A stretch of DNA of 62,210 nt, filler included, from Asterionella formosa (lineage: Eukaryota): assembly GCA_002256025.1 (NCBI GenBank). It is 26 parts of 26 records of this genome, joined end to end, with 100 filler letters (N's around TTAATTAATTAA, not from the genome) between each part and the next. Parts side by side here need not be neighbours in the genome. Positions count along the whole stretch, not along the records: positions 24,012 to 26,306 come from NKIB01000039.1; positions 26,407 to 28,702 come from NKIB01000040.1; positions 28,803 to 31,097 come from NKIB01000041.1; positions 31,198 to 33,491 come from NKIB01000042.1; positions 33,592 to 35,885 come from NKIB01000043.1; 21 more parts are not named here. One strand, 5' to 3'. Position numbers and translations under genes: made by a program. Under the pieces are notes generated by a model, which searched no databases, was not told the DNA's origin, and saw nothing but the letters and a program-made list of their open reading frames with translations. Below are positions 24,012 to 35,985 of this stretch, one piece after another (the stretch's first letter is position 1; every line of letters begins with the position of its first letter).

Positions 24012-26306
24012 TCTGAGAGAATGGAACTATCTTCGTCGTCTTTGCCTTGCGGAATCACTCTGGTGGTATGCTGAATCACTCTGGTGATATGCTTGGTTGG
24101 AGGCACAGTTTTCAGACCAGGTTGGACATGATCCTGCTGAAGGGAGATAGAATGTGGGAGCTTGATGATAGACCAGGTTTCACCTAAAGTTTCATCTGTG
24201 TTCCTATCTCGCTGGAGGGTAAGATGTGGACCCTTCTCGACCTGCTTATGATCCTTGCAGTTGATCCCAAGCAACTTCATATTCGATTTTTCAACAGACT
24301 TGAGAAATTCCAAAGAAGGACCAGCATCTGAGGCATCCTCTGAGGCGATGGAAATATCTTCTTCGTCTTTGCCTTGTCGATTAGCCTTGGTGGTGTGCTT
24401 TGTTAAGGCCACAGGTTTGAGGGCAGGGTCTAATACGACTGGAGGTGGTCGATGAGCAGGAAACACAGTGGTGGCATTGCCACTATTTTCCTTGCGCGCA
24501 ATTTTCTCTGATTGAACTGCTGATTCAAGAACTGAATCATGAGTATTTGAATCATAATTCTTGGCGCTCCAGTCAAATCTCAAGTGGACGGGATTTTTGA
24601 CTGGACTAGGAATATTGTTAAGCAAAGCTGGTGGGGTTTGGACAACAGCTTCTTTGGCCTTTACAATGTTCTTTTCCTTGGAAATCAAGGTTTCTTGCTC
24701 GATGTTTTTACGCCCCTCATTGTTAATGTTGGTCAAAGGTGCGTGGTTCAGGTAGGACCTGAACATCAACAAAATTCTCTTGGAGTCAAACCTGTTGGAA
24801 ACGCCAAAAGTAGGGTATTGAAAACTGTGCATCCACTTTGCACTCTCTTCCACACCCTTGTTCCCAGTGAGAGGCGACTTGCTATTATTTTTCGTCCAAT
24901 CTTCATTTGACGATGGGGACAACACTCGTTCCGCATACTGCAAGCACTCCTGACGAAATTGGTGGTAGGCTGCATCAGCCTGATACAGCAAGCTTGAAAA
25001 ATTTGCTGTGTTAGCTAGTGACACCCTTGAAACTGCCTTGAGAGCTGAGCCTTTGAGTGGTGATTGCTCGGCGTGAAGCAAGAGTTCCTGCTAGGTCAAA
25101 TTGTTTCGACATGGGATAAGGATGAGTTCCAGCTTGATCACATTCTGGTTACTTTTGTCGAAATTGACAACAGAAGGTCGTTCAGGATTGACACAATGGA
25201 GGAGGTCATTCTTTGAGGCAGTTGCCTTTGACTCACTACTATCATCATCTGTTAGACTAATCACATCATTGTCCTTGGAAGAAATTCGTAATTTCTTGGA
25301 AATGGAACTAGAAGGGGGCCAGGTAGCCTTCGATCGTTTCTTGATTATTGGCACAGCAACTTGTTGGGACTCCGGTTTGGAGACCAATTTGCTGGAGGTG
25401 GCAGGTGATTTGGAATCCGGTTTGGATACTTTTTCCTGTTTATGGCAGCTGGTTTAGAGTCTGGTTTCGATACTTTTTTGCTGGGAATCGCGGCTGGTTT
25501 GCAGTCCGATTCAGATTCTTCGTAAGGATTAGTTACAGGCATTGATGCAACATCTCGGCTCCTGGCTGTTGACTTCGCAGCGTTGTAAGCACTTGCCTTG
25601 GATGTGATGGCTTTGGTAGCATCATGCTTGGGAGTAGCCTTGGCAGAAGGCTTAAGTGCAACAGCTTTTGCAGCAATAGCTCTTGGAGGAGCCTTCATCC
25701 TCGTCTTTGCAGCTTTCTTTGGAACACTCTTCTGCAACACTCGGGATTGGGCCTGTGTTGATCCTGCTGTAACTATAGAAGCAGCCTTTTGCAAAGTGCC
25801 TCTCCTCGCACGCTTTCCGAGCGCATAAGAAGGCGCTTCCAAGCGGGCATACTCTGATCTGATAGCTGCCTTCGCATTCATCACCTCTGTCAGGCGATGA
25901 ATGCAAAAATAGAAATGTGTGAATGAATAAATGAATATGAATACAGCATATAAAGTAAACGAACATACCTTTTGGTTGCTTGTAGATGAAACCCCCAATG
26001 GGAAGAAACATCGAGTACACATAGGCTTGCTCTTCCAATTGATGATCAAGAAGATCATAATGAGTGGCTGAAAGAAGACTCCCAGTTATATTTGTTCGCA
26101 AACGCACGATAGGAAAGGTCTCGAAATTTGCTGGTTCTGGCATATCAGGTCCATAATTGTATGAATCAACATCGCCATCGTTCTTGTTCCTCTCATCATG
26201 AAGAAGGTTTTCAAGAGGATGATTGATCCTGTCCATCCAAGGAATAGGATTGCAGTGTACAAATCCCAAGGATTTATACCACTCAACCGCATTGCCCAGC
26301 ACCTGC
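24012..26306 (-). CDS. Unknown intron-containing gene: GNAT-like motif followed by Lys/Ala/Ser-rich low-complexity region; probably disrupted
   Basis: NAVEWYKSLGF resembles the GNAT C-terminal motif. A GTATGT...ACAG intron (25968-25887) joins ...KQPK to EVMNAK in frame. Frame breaks occur near 25440 and 25090. Confidence 0.45.
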
Positions 26307-26633
26307 NNNNNNNNNNNNNNNNNNNNNNNNNNNNNNNNNNNNNNNNNNNNTTAATTAATTAANNNNNNNNNNNNNNNNNNNNNNNNNNNNNNNNNNNNNN
26401 NNNNNNACTACTATGCCTACCGGTATGCCTATGACAAGTGGCTCATGTTCCTTCGAGTCCACGATTGCATCAAATGTGTTGCTTTTAACAGTACATGGAG
26501 TACCGGTAACTTGGATTGGTGGTTACCAATTAACTACTATCAGTATGACAAGTTGATCTTGTTCTTTCCAACACCATCATTGACGGACATACTGGATGCG
26601 TCACAGGATGGGTTGGCAAAAGTGTTGGGGGAC

Positions 26634-26932
26634 GTGTCGGGGACCACGTTGTTGGTGCAAGTGCTTGGGTATTTGTTTGTGTTCGTCTTGTCAAGGGCTT
26701 CGTTCTTGTCGTACTTGTTTGCATCTGTGTCGAGGGCCACGTTATTGGTGCAAGTGCTTGGGTATTTGTTTGTGTTCATCTTGTCGGGGGCTTCGTTCTT
26801 GTCATACTTGTTTGCATATGTGTCGGGGACCACGTTGTTGGTGCTTGTGCTTGTGTATGTGCTTGTGTTTGTGTTCGTCTTGTCAAGGGCTTTGTTCTTG
26901 TCATACTTGTTTGCATATGTGTCGAGGGCCAG
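26634..26932. repeat. 93-99-bp tandem repeat, ~3 copies
   Basis: GTGTCG(G/A)GG(A/G)CCA units start at 26634, 26727, 26820 and 26919. Confidence 0.9.
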
Positions 26933-26984
26933 GTTGGGGGCGAAAGTTGAAGTGTTGCTCATGTTGGGGGTGAATTTAGCGGAT

Positions 26985-28044
26985 ACAAAGGTTGCTAAAT
27001 ACATTTCCGACAAAGAAAGCAAAACACAAGTTTGTATGAAGGATGCCAGTGTGACTGCTATTGTAAATGCAATGTCAGACATTGTACTGAAAAGTACAAA
27101 GTAGTCAATCTGTCCTTACCCTGCTGTACAAGCTATGAAGTCCCCTCGTCTCAGTGAGCATACCGCCGAAGGATCGCCAGCGAAAGTATTCAAGCTTACT
27201 TGGCTGCCGACTGTCTCCCTGCATCCCTACTATGCACCTGGAGACGGAATGGTACCTCAAGTGAAAGCAAGCTCTGTTTCTGCTGCTCCGAAAGTCTACA
27301 GGGGGTCATCTCATCCTCATCCTCTACATACGAACTACTGGGTGGATTACAGGCCAGCCAAGGAATGGCACATGCGAAGAGACGATTTATGGGTCTTACA
27401 TTGCTACTTTTGTCGCAAATCATGGAAATCAAGAAAGATGGAGATTAAGACAATGCTGGATGGTGTGATTACGACAAAGGTTGCTAAATACATTTCCGAC
27501 AAAGAAAGCAAAACACAAGTTTGTATGAAGGATGCCAGTGTGACTGCTATTGTAAATGCAATGTCAGACCTTGTACTGGAAAGTACAAAGTTGTCAATCT
27601 GTTCTTACCCTGTGCAAAATATGAAGTCCCCTCATCTGAGTGAGCATCCCACCGAAGGATCGCCAGCGAAAGTATTCAAGCTTACATGGCTGCCGACTGT
27701 CTCCCTGCATCCCTACTATGCACCTGGAGACGGAATGGTACCTCAAGTGAAAGCAAGCTCTGTTTCTGCTGCTCCGAAAGTCTACAGGGGGTCATCTCAT
27801 CCTCGTCCTCTACATACGAACTACTGGGTGGATTACAGACCAGCCAAGGAATGGCACATGCGAAGAGACGATTTATGGGTCTTACATTGCTACTTTTGTC
27901 GCAAATCATGGAAATCAAGAAAGATGGAGATTAAGGCTATGCTAGATGGTGTGGTTGCAACAAAGGTTGCTAAATACATTTCCGACAATGAAGACAAAAG
28001 GCAAGTTTGTATGAAAGATATCAGTGTGACTGCTATTGTAAATG
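26985..28044. repeat. 486-489-bp tandem repeat, ~2.2 copies, carrying a 316-aa + strand ORF (27135-28085)
   Basis: ACAAAGGTTGCTAAATACATTTCCGACAA occurs at 26985, 27474 and 27960. Confidence 0.95.
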
Positions 28045-28110
28045 TACCGTCTGCACCACTTGAACTGAACAAAACTACTAAATGAAGAACAAAAACAACA
28101 AATACAGCGA

Positions 28111-28142
<32 letters not shown>

Positions 28143-28980
28143 TGAAATTCTATCAAGTTCGGTTTGCTCGCTGTGAAATGTTTCCTTAGAAGACACACTC
28201 GATCGTTCAAGTAACAACTGGTTTGGGACCCAGTAACCCCTACGGGGGTACGCCCTCGAGTTCAATTGTCTTCTTCTGGTCTGATCTCACAACAGGTAGA
28301 CCGTTCTCACAAACCAATGAGGCGGCGAATTACAACAATGTATTATAGAGCTATAGAGCTATGAAGCTTTTCTTTTCGTTGATGACTACTTTGTATTATA
28401 GTAGAAGGCATTAACTTATTTTCGGGTGTGACGATTACTTTGTCTTATAGAAGCTATAGCTATCGCTATAGCTATAGAACAATTGGACTTATTTCATTAT
28501 AGTGACTCTATAGCTACATCTTATATTCATCTCTACATTCTGCATTGTAGGTGCATTTGCGTTAGTCGGTAACAAACATTTGTACACTTCGAAATACTGG
28601 TACCGGTAGTCTGGAATGACATAATCATCATCATTGGGTTTTAGGGTTTTAGACACGAATATAGTGAACGACACTTGTTGCGATTCAAGCCCTTAGCGAC
28701 CGNNNNNNNNNNNNNNNNNNNNNNNNNNNNNNNNNNNNNNNNNNNNTTAATTAATTAANNNNNNNNNNNNNNNNNNNNNNNNNNNNNNNNNNNNNNNNNN
28801 NNATAACAATCGTTTTCTTGTTTCTGACACAATGCACAAATATGTCGTCTAACTCTCGGAGTAGTACCCTGGTACCCTGGTACTGGAGTACCAGGTACCA
28901 GACCTACTCAAGTGGTAGAAGTGTATACCGAAAGTACTTGACAAGTACCAGGTACCACCAGTACAGAAGTTACTTCGACT

Positions 28981-30290
28981 CAGGCCGTTGCTAACCATTG
29001 ACGCAAACCAAAACCCAAAAACTTATTTTTGGATTGGTTTTGGTCAACTGAGGCAAAAGCGATGCTATTGGTTTTTGGGAAATCCTAAATGTTGTCAACC
29101 ACCCATCTACAGTGACGCAGGATGACAAAACCATTATAAAAAAAGTAAAATATTTCTATTAGACTACTTTTATAAATGAAATATTATGATTGCTATTTGG
29201 GAATTAGTTAGTTTTCCCCGCAATTTCCCGGTAGTGCCGTAAATATATATATATACTCCGACCACACTTCTTCATGATGACATGCAACTGATGACAGCAG
29301 TTTCAGCAACCCAGACAGAATTGAATGCCGCTATCTCGACCATCACATCAGCAGGACTGAATCTAAAGGAAGGTATCACTGGCACCCTTCTTGACAAAGT
29401 TATTGAATTTAGGAACAAAGAGGATTCAAGGAATGGCATCAATCTCGATCAGATGGGTCGCCAATGGAAGGAATCGGCGCTATCGGCAATCGCGCAAAAT
29501 AAAAGGTATACAGCAGAACTTCTTGTGGCGGCTGGACGCTTTAAACTGGGAACAGAAGCACTGGATGATATAACTAGGATGAAAAGAAGAGCAGAGGAGA
29601 AGGAGAGTGAGAAAGCGAATAAGAAAGTTTTGAACTACACAGCAACATTGAACAAGGTGCAAGCGATCAGAGCGCTTAACAAACAGGAACACAAATGCAC
29701 CTTTTCGCAAACAAAAACATGCGATCATCTACTGCTTACTTACCAGATATATTGATACAATGGGATGTGGCGATGCACCAGTCCCAGTTGCCGGAGCTAT
29801 ACTGCCACCAGCAGCCTCAGTTGAAGAGGACGACGAGGATGAAGTTGTGGTGACAGAAGATTGATTTATGTGTTCCGCATAATAAATCGACTTCGATTTG
29901 TTGTTGTTGTTGTTCTCGCCAGTGTGGTATGGTACCCTGGTACCAGGTACCAGAGTACCAGTACCGTATAGCTATTGTTGTATATAGATGTGATATACCG
30001 GTACCGGCATATGATGCGTCCTATATGTAGTGATTCTGCGACGATATTAATTGGTTTTCTAGTGAATACATTCAAAGTAGTCAATATGGAATCCTACGTT
30101 TAGGTAACTTTGGGAAAAAAACCTAAACGTAATGCGTTTGGGTAACTTATTGGGATATGGGCACGGAATCCCCTAAACGTAATGCGTTTGCGTTGGGTTT
30201 TTCACTCCTGATGGCATCGTTTTTAGGGTTACCAAAAGCAAAACACTGTTTGGTTTGCGTTTTGGTCCACCCACCGTTAGCAATGGCCTC
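28981..30290. mobile_element. Putative non-autonomous TIR element (hAT-like termini) enclosing a DDE transposase fragment
   Basis: CAGGCCGTTGCTAAC (28981-28995) and GTTAGCAATGGCCTC (30276-30290) match 13/15 as an inverted repeat. Subterminal CCTAAACGTAATGCGTTTG occurs twice. No clean TSD. Confidence 0.45.
29282..29865 (+). pseudogene. C-terminal fragment of the pogo-like transposase family
   Basis: LNLKEGITGTLLDKVIEFRNKEDSRNGINLD...KRYTAELLVAAG...LG aligns with LNLSDGYAGTLVDRVVEYRNREDARNGIDLD...KRISAGLLASAG..LG at 47098-47808. Confidence 0.75.
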
Positions 30291-31430
30291 AATTACCGAC
30301 TTGTTCGACTGCCTTTTCCTGCAAATATTTCTCTCTGTTCTCCTCAGCCGATAGTAAATCTTTAGACGCGTAGTTGGGGTTTTTGATTTCGGTTCTATGT
30401 GGTATTGATTCATTTCCCCCCTCTGGGTCCCTGTCGCTGCAGTCGAGTTTGCACTTTAGCCATGGGTGGGACGTAGGGAGGGTGAATTTTATCTATTGAA
30501 TATAAATTTTTGCACAGCTTGGATTCAACAATGTTGCTTTGCTGAAAGCTGATTCGAAGAATTGCGAGCTTTTTGCCTTGAAACCCTTACATGGTTGTTT
30601 GTTGGCTGATTGACTCTTCCATGACCTTCTCTTGTGTGGTTTACTGTCATTCACTTGCCATCGAACCTCATCTTCATTTTTGGCTAGACAGAATTAGCTC
30701 CCGTAGTTGCTAACTAGGCCTCCACCTCAAATTTCGCTTGCTCCTAGTTTGTTCGTCGTTCCCTTGGTTTCAATGCGCGCTTCGTGCACATCCCCCTGTT
30801 TCCCTTGTCTATAATACTAACTGGTACCGGTACCTGGTACCTGGTACTACACATGGTGTAAGGAGGAATGATCATTCGCGATGTTGCCGACAAGGATGTA
30901 GGAGCCTGCCTCGTGCTGATGACATCTTTGGCTTTCTCCTTGCAGAGCGATCTTTTTCTTTGGCTGGGGCAATGGTCGTGTGGTGATTCACATGCAACAG
31001 TGCCCATAGTCAAAAATTTTCAGTTTTCCGGGTTTGTTATTAAAGCTAAAACTTGTTTTGCTAGTTTCCCCGAGTTTTTTGATGAGGCTTGTCTATANNN
31101 NNNNNNNNNNNNNNNNNNNNNNNNNNNNNNNNNNNNNNNNNTTAATTAATTAANNNNNNNNNNNNNNNNNNNNNNNNNNNNNNNNNNNNNNNNNNNNTCT
31201 GACTCTTCACATGGAGAAGTCCAGCATGTTGTGAAGGAACATGTTGACCACAAGGCTGGGCGAGGGTCTAACATTTCGTACCAGGATTCTTCGAAGGTGG
31301 TGGAGCATGAAGAACCAGCACCTATGCCAACCTATCCTGGAGCCATTGCGGTGGGAGGGAGAGATCGTGCACGTCCTAGTGCTGAAGTTACAAACAATGA
31401 ATGGAATGTAGAGGAGTCCCATGTAATCGG

Positions 31431-32015
31431 TCAACAACCACTTGCCGCAGCAGTTTGATTGTTGACGTAGGAAACAAAATCTTGAATTGTCTCCTGATCC
31501 AGCCTTGTATTTTGGGCGACACGAGTCACACGCCTAATGACACTGTCCTTATGGGCAAGCCAGCGCTTGATCCGTTTTTCAAGTGCCTTCAGTGACACAT
31601 TTTCGTTCCCAGGTTGCCTCTTAAGCTCAACACTGAGCATACTGGTGGTGCAGGCCCTATCTTGAAGCCGCAACTGGTCGAAAAGAGTCCTCAATCCTTC
31701 GAAATCAGCAGCACTTTTTGGAGAGCGGCCCGGGTGAGCGATTTTTTTCATCAACACCTGCCTCTGAATCACACCTTCTTCCTGCAGAGGAATCTCCGCC
31801 ACCTCCGCCGGAACCACAACCATTGCACCATCCAGCATGGACTTCCAGCTCCGGATCTGCTTTGGCTGAACCAAATATGCTCTGGCGGTTGCCTTGATAT
31901 TGTTGGGCTTGCTGTATGCTTCCGCAACAATAATTTTCTTTTGCATGATGCAGAGATATTTTTTCGTTGTCATGCTGATGATTCCGTAGAAAATGATTTG
32001 GTTGGCTAACCTCAA
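31431..32015 (-). pseudogene. pogo/Tigger-like transposase N-terminus (Brinker-like HTH plus CENP-B-like HTH), truncated before the DDE domain
   Basis: KKIIVAEA....NIKATARAYLVQPKQIRSWK and KRIKRWLAHKDSVIRRVTRVAQ. Confidence 0.7.
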
Positions 32016-32417
32016 TTTCTATCACGATTAGTTTTGTAGAACCTACACAATTTATTACATCGTAGAATCAGGTACAAATTGTATACACTCTAGAAATTTC
32101 TGTTGAAGTCATGACGAAATTCGGGCGTGCCAGTGCTCCAAAAATAGAAATTCAATTGATCCTAGATGCCGATTGAACCAAAAACAATACATCTTTTAAT
32201 GTTGCTATTTATGTTTTAGACTATGGAGAAAACGGTGGTGAAGTTGGTTTTTTCATAAAAGTTTGACAATCAAAAAAGTTCCAATGTCTTGTACTCCCCT
32301 CTAAGTAAAATCAGTCGTGGCTGTGTACATTGAGGGGTACGAGACACCAGGTTTTACGGTAAGCTAAAATGACCCTCGGGGTTATTATTCTACCGGTATG
32401 TTAAATACTAATTTATG

Positions 32418-32909
32418 TACCTGTTGTACTGATACCAGTGTACCAGTACACTGTAAAAAAAGGGTTTTATTTTTTAATAGCTCGTAATTTCTCAAAATGT
32501 CCTCATCAGTCATGGAACGTTTTAATACAAGAAGATCCATTATGTATTCTATATAAGTTTATATGACCATATGTTATATTGATAAATATCGGTAGATGAT
32601 ATGTGTGACTGTTTTCTATCATTTACACAAAAGCCCTTTCAACACCATATTTCATTGCTCATATAGTGCACACATCACGAAGGGCATATGTACAAACAAA
32701 TTATGAGGGACAAAAGTTCCGGCATCATGGTGATGACTGAAAATGAAGAAATTTAGAGCTTTCATGTAGAACTCAACGACATCAGGTTGTAAAGAAATTA
32801 TATTGGGTACTAACTATGATGGACAAGAAATCAAGAATTACAAATACGAGCGACATGATACGACACACAAGCAAATGAATGATATTTTTACAAACCGGTA
32901 TGCCAACAG
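32418..32909. repeat. Inverted copy of the 3547-3992 repeat with candidate termini CCTGTTG...CAACAGG
   Basis: Reverse-complement similarity to 3547-3992. TA|CCTGTTG at 32418 and CAACAGG at ~32903-32909. Confidence 0.7.
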
Positions 32910-33229
32910 GTTTATATAGGTCCTTCTATCACTCCCCCTAGTCCAATCGTATACATATACCATCATCATCATGCATCATATGTAGCTATATGTACTGCAT
33001 ATTGGTATCGATTTTATGAGGGTTGACAAAATTTTCGGCATCTTCCATCAGGAGCAATAATGAGTTGCATCTTTTACGTAGAATTCTATGATAAAAGGGT
33101 GAGACACTATGTTGGCAGCACGAGAAAAGGAGTTTTATCACAAAAAACACTTTTCACTCGAACAAGAAAAAAGTCGCTCGTCAATCACAATAGACAACTT
33201 CCATTACATTCAAGACAACGACATTGACA

Positions 33230-33491
33230 ATGCCTAGATGGGAAAAATATGTCTAACGGTTGAAAGCGAATGATCCAAGTTTGACTACACTTCATCTTGG
33301 AGGTAATTCAATTGGTGTTGACGGAGCCAAGGCCATTTCAGAGGCTCTCAAGGACAATACTGTCTTGACTGAACTTGGTCTCTCTAGTAATTCAATTGGT
33401 GATGACGGAGCCAAGGCCATTGCAGAGGCTCTCAAGGACAATACTGTCTTGACTACACTTTATCTCAATAGTAATTCAATTGGTGTTGACG
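33230..33491 (+). pseudogene. Ribonuclease-inhibitor-like (NLRC3-type) LRR gene with an early in-frame stop
   Basis: 28-aa (84-bp) repeats NSIGxDGAKAIxEALKDNTVLTxLxL. ATG at 33230 is followed by TAA at codon 9 (33254-33256). Confidence 0.75.
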
Positions 33492-33591
33492 NNNNNNNNN
33501 NNNNNNNNNNNNNNNNNNNNNNNNNNNNNNNNNNNTTAATTAATTAANNNNNNNNNNNNNNNNNNNNNNNNNNNNNNNNNNNNNNNNNNNN

Positions 33592-35885
33592 GGTACTCAA
33601 GGCAATTTGAGTCTGCATCTTGGATACCCAGAGGAGAGGGCTGCCTTTGTACAGCACAACATAGCCAGTACGGGACTTGACTGAAATGGGATCTTGATTA
33701 TCTTCAACAGCAAAAAGACCTGCAAAATCAGCATTGACATAACAATCCACTCTTTGTGAGTTTGTTGGTTTCAACAGAAGCCCCATGGTTTTTGTTTTCT
33801 GCAAATAGCGAAGAATGCGGCAAACGGCAATGGCGTGAGAATGACGTGGGGCATGGGAAAATCTAGCGGCTTGATGAACGGCATAAGCAATATCTGGGCG
33901 GGTATTTGCAGACAGGTACATCAGCACGCCAATGATTGAATTGTATTGCCAGGTTTCAGTGAAGCAACAGATCTCCATCGAAATCGATTCCTGATGGAGT
34001 AGTAGTCGATGGTGTATCCACTCCATTACATTTAGACATGCCAGTTGCTGCAAGGACTTTGTAAAATAGTCCGGTTTGAGTGAGATTATATTCCTGCAGT
34101 CCGGTTTTAAAAATTTGAATTCCAAGAAATGCACCAACTTCCCCTTCATTTTTAAGTGCAAAAGTGTGACGCTGTTCCTTTTCATGGACGCCGAGGCTTT
34201 GGATTTCAGCTTCAAGAACAAGTGAGTCCGCTCCAGCAAATATGGTGTCATCGACATAGCAGATACAAATAATTCCTTGTTTCATGAACAGGCATGGATC
34301 AATTTGAGATTGAGTGTACCCATGTTCCAAAAGTCCCTCCCGAAGTTTCTCAAAGAGGAAGGTGCAAGGAGCTCAACGAAGTCCATACAGACTTTTTATT
34401 AGTCTCAACCTTTTATTGGTGCCGGACTTGGGTCCATTCCAGATATACTTCTTCTTTGAGATTGGCTTGAGCAAATGCATTGGTGTAGTCGACTTGACAG
34501 GTTGACCAGCCCTCAGTGAGAACAATTAACAATAGCAAGCGGATGGTAGACCAAAGGACAGCAGGTGCATAGGTCTCGAAGAAGTCGATGCCCTCCTTTT
34601 GGAGATCTCCTCGTGCACAAAAGCGTGCTTTGAAGCGATAAGGTGTGCCGTCCGGGAGCCGTTTCAGTTTGAATACCCATGTACCTTTTAATATGTGGAG
34701 GTTTGCAGTTCTTGGCACAGATTCCCAGGTACATTGGAGAATGAGTGTTGCAATCTCTATTTGCATGGCTTTTATGTACTTTTCTGAATTTTTGCCATAA
34801 ATAGCCTGATGAAACATTGGAGAATCAGGGTCATCTTTGCGTCGTGTTTTGGCTGCATACACTTGAGGGTCAGTAATGTTGTGAACACCTGTGTCAAAAC
34901 AGGTAAGTAATTCTGTCGAATATGCCAGCTGTTTCTTGTAGAAATTGTCATGCTTGGCTGGTTTGATCCAGCATGGTCAAATATAATTTGTAAATATATT
35001 TTGTACAATTATACTGACCCTTATTTGTTCTTTCAGATCGTCGAACTGCTGGCACTGGTGGTGAAGAGTGGGGTGAACTTGCAATAGGATTAATTGCAAT
35101 AGAATCTGGTATGTGTTTTGTGTATGCACTGTCAGTGCCAAGTGGAACAGGTATTTTAGGAGGAGGTATTGGAGCAGATGCTCCCTCTAAAATGCCGATA
35201 TCTTCTGCTGGTGTTGATGGTCCTTCAGGTGGTAAGGCTGCCATAATGGAGTGTGGAGGGGAAAATGTGGTACGAATCCGCTGTTGTCGATGCAGCTCCC
35301 TCTGTTTTTGTGCTTGTTCATCTGAAGTTAGCCAATTGTCTTGAAGATGCATTGGTGTGTTAGTGTTTGAATCGTTCGGTATGTAGGTTGTATTTTCTAG
35401 ACACAAATCGTCCCAGTATTCAGGAGGGTCTTCATCTTTTCCAATTGACGCCACTGTGGAGAAACTGTCGTCAAAAACCACATGATATTGAGTGGTAATA
35501 CTCCCAGTTTGAAAATTAAGGACCAAAGGGACTTCGCTGGAGTGAATAGAGCTCAATCCAAGGAACACCTCTTCGTGATCGTGGTTGCCATCTAGGTAAT
35601 TTATTCCCTGACGGGACTTCGCTGGAGTGAATAGAGCTCAATCCAAGGAACACACCTCTTCGTGATCGTGGTTGCCATCTAGGTAATTTATTCCCTGACT
35701 GAAGAGTTGGGTCAAGAACATACACTCCTGGACATCCCCAAGTGTGAAGATCTCGCATTCGATTTCTGGGAATTGTGCTTCCAGTGTAGAGATCAGCTGG
35801 GCAAAGGGAATGATTATTTGGGGTATGATTATAAAGGTGCACCGCGTAAGTAACTGCCATAGGCCAAAGTGTGCTGGCAATCCCT
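33592..35885 (-). mobile_element. Ty1/copia (CoDi-type) pol fragment (IN C-terminus, RT, RNase H start), multiply frameshifted; same family as 1-1180
   Basis: WGCP.YVLDP, QYHVVFDD, CYVDD, TRPDIAYAVHQAARF, KSRTGYV, W.SKMQTQIALST. Confidence 0.95.
35528..35699. repeat. 85/87-bp tandem duplication inside the copia integrase C-terminus
   Basis: GGGACTTCGCTGGAG...TTCCCTGAC at 35528-35612 and 35613-35699. Confidence 0.95.
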
Positions 35886-35985
35886 NNNNNNNNNNNNNNN
35901 NNNNNNNNNNNNNNNNNNNNNNNNNNNNNTTAATTAATTAANNNNNNNNNNNNNNNNNNNNNNNNNNNNNNNNNNNNNNNNNNNN

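Noticed and set aside
28112..28141. (CAA)n tract giving poly-Cys or poly-Val ORFs
   Set aside because: An ordinary microsatellite.
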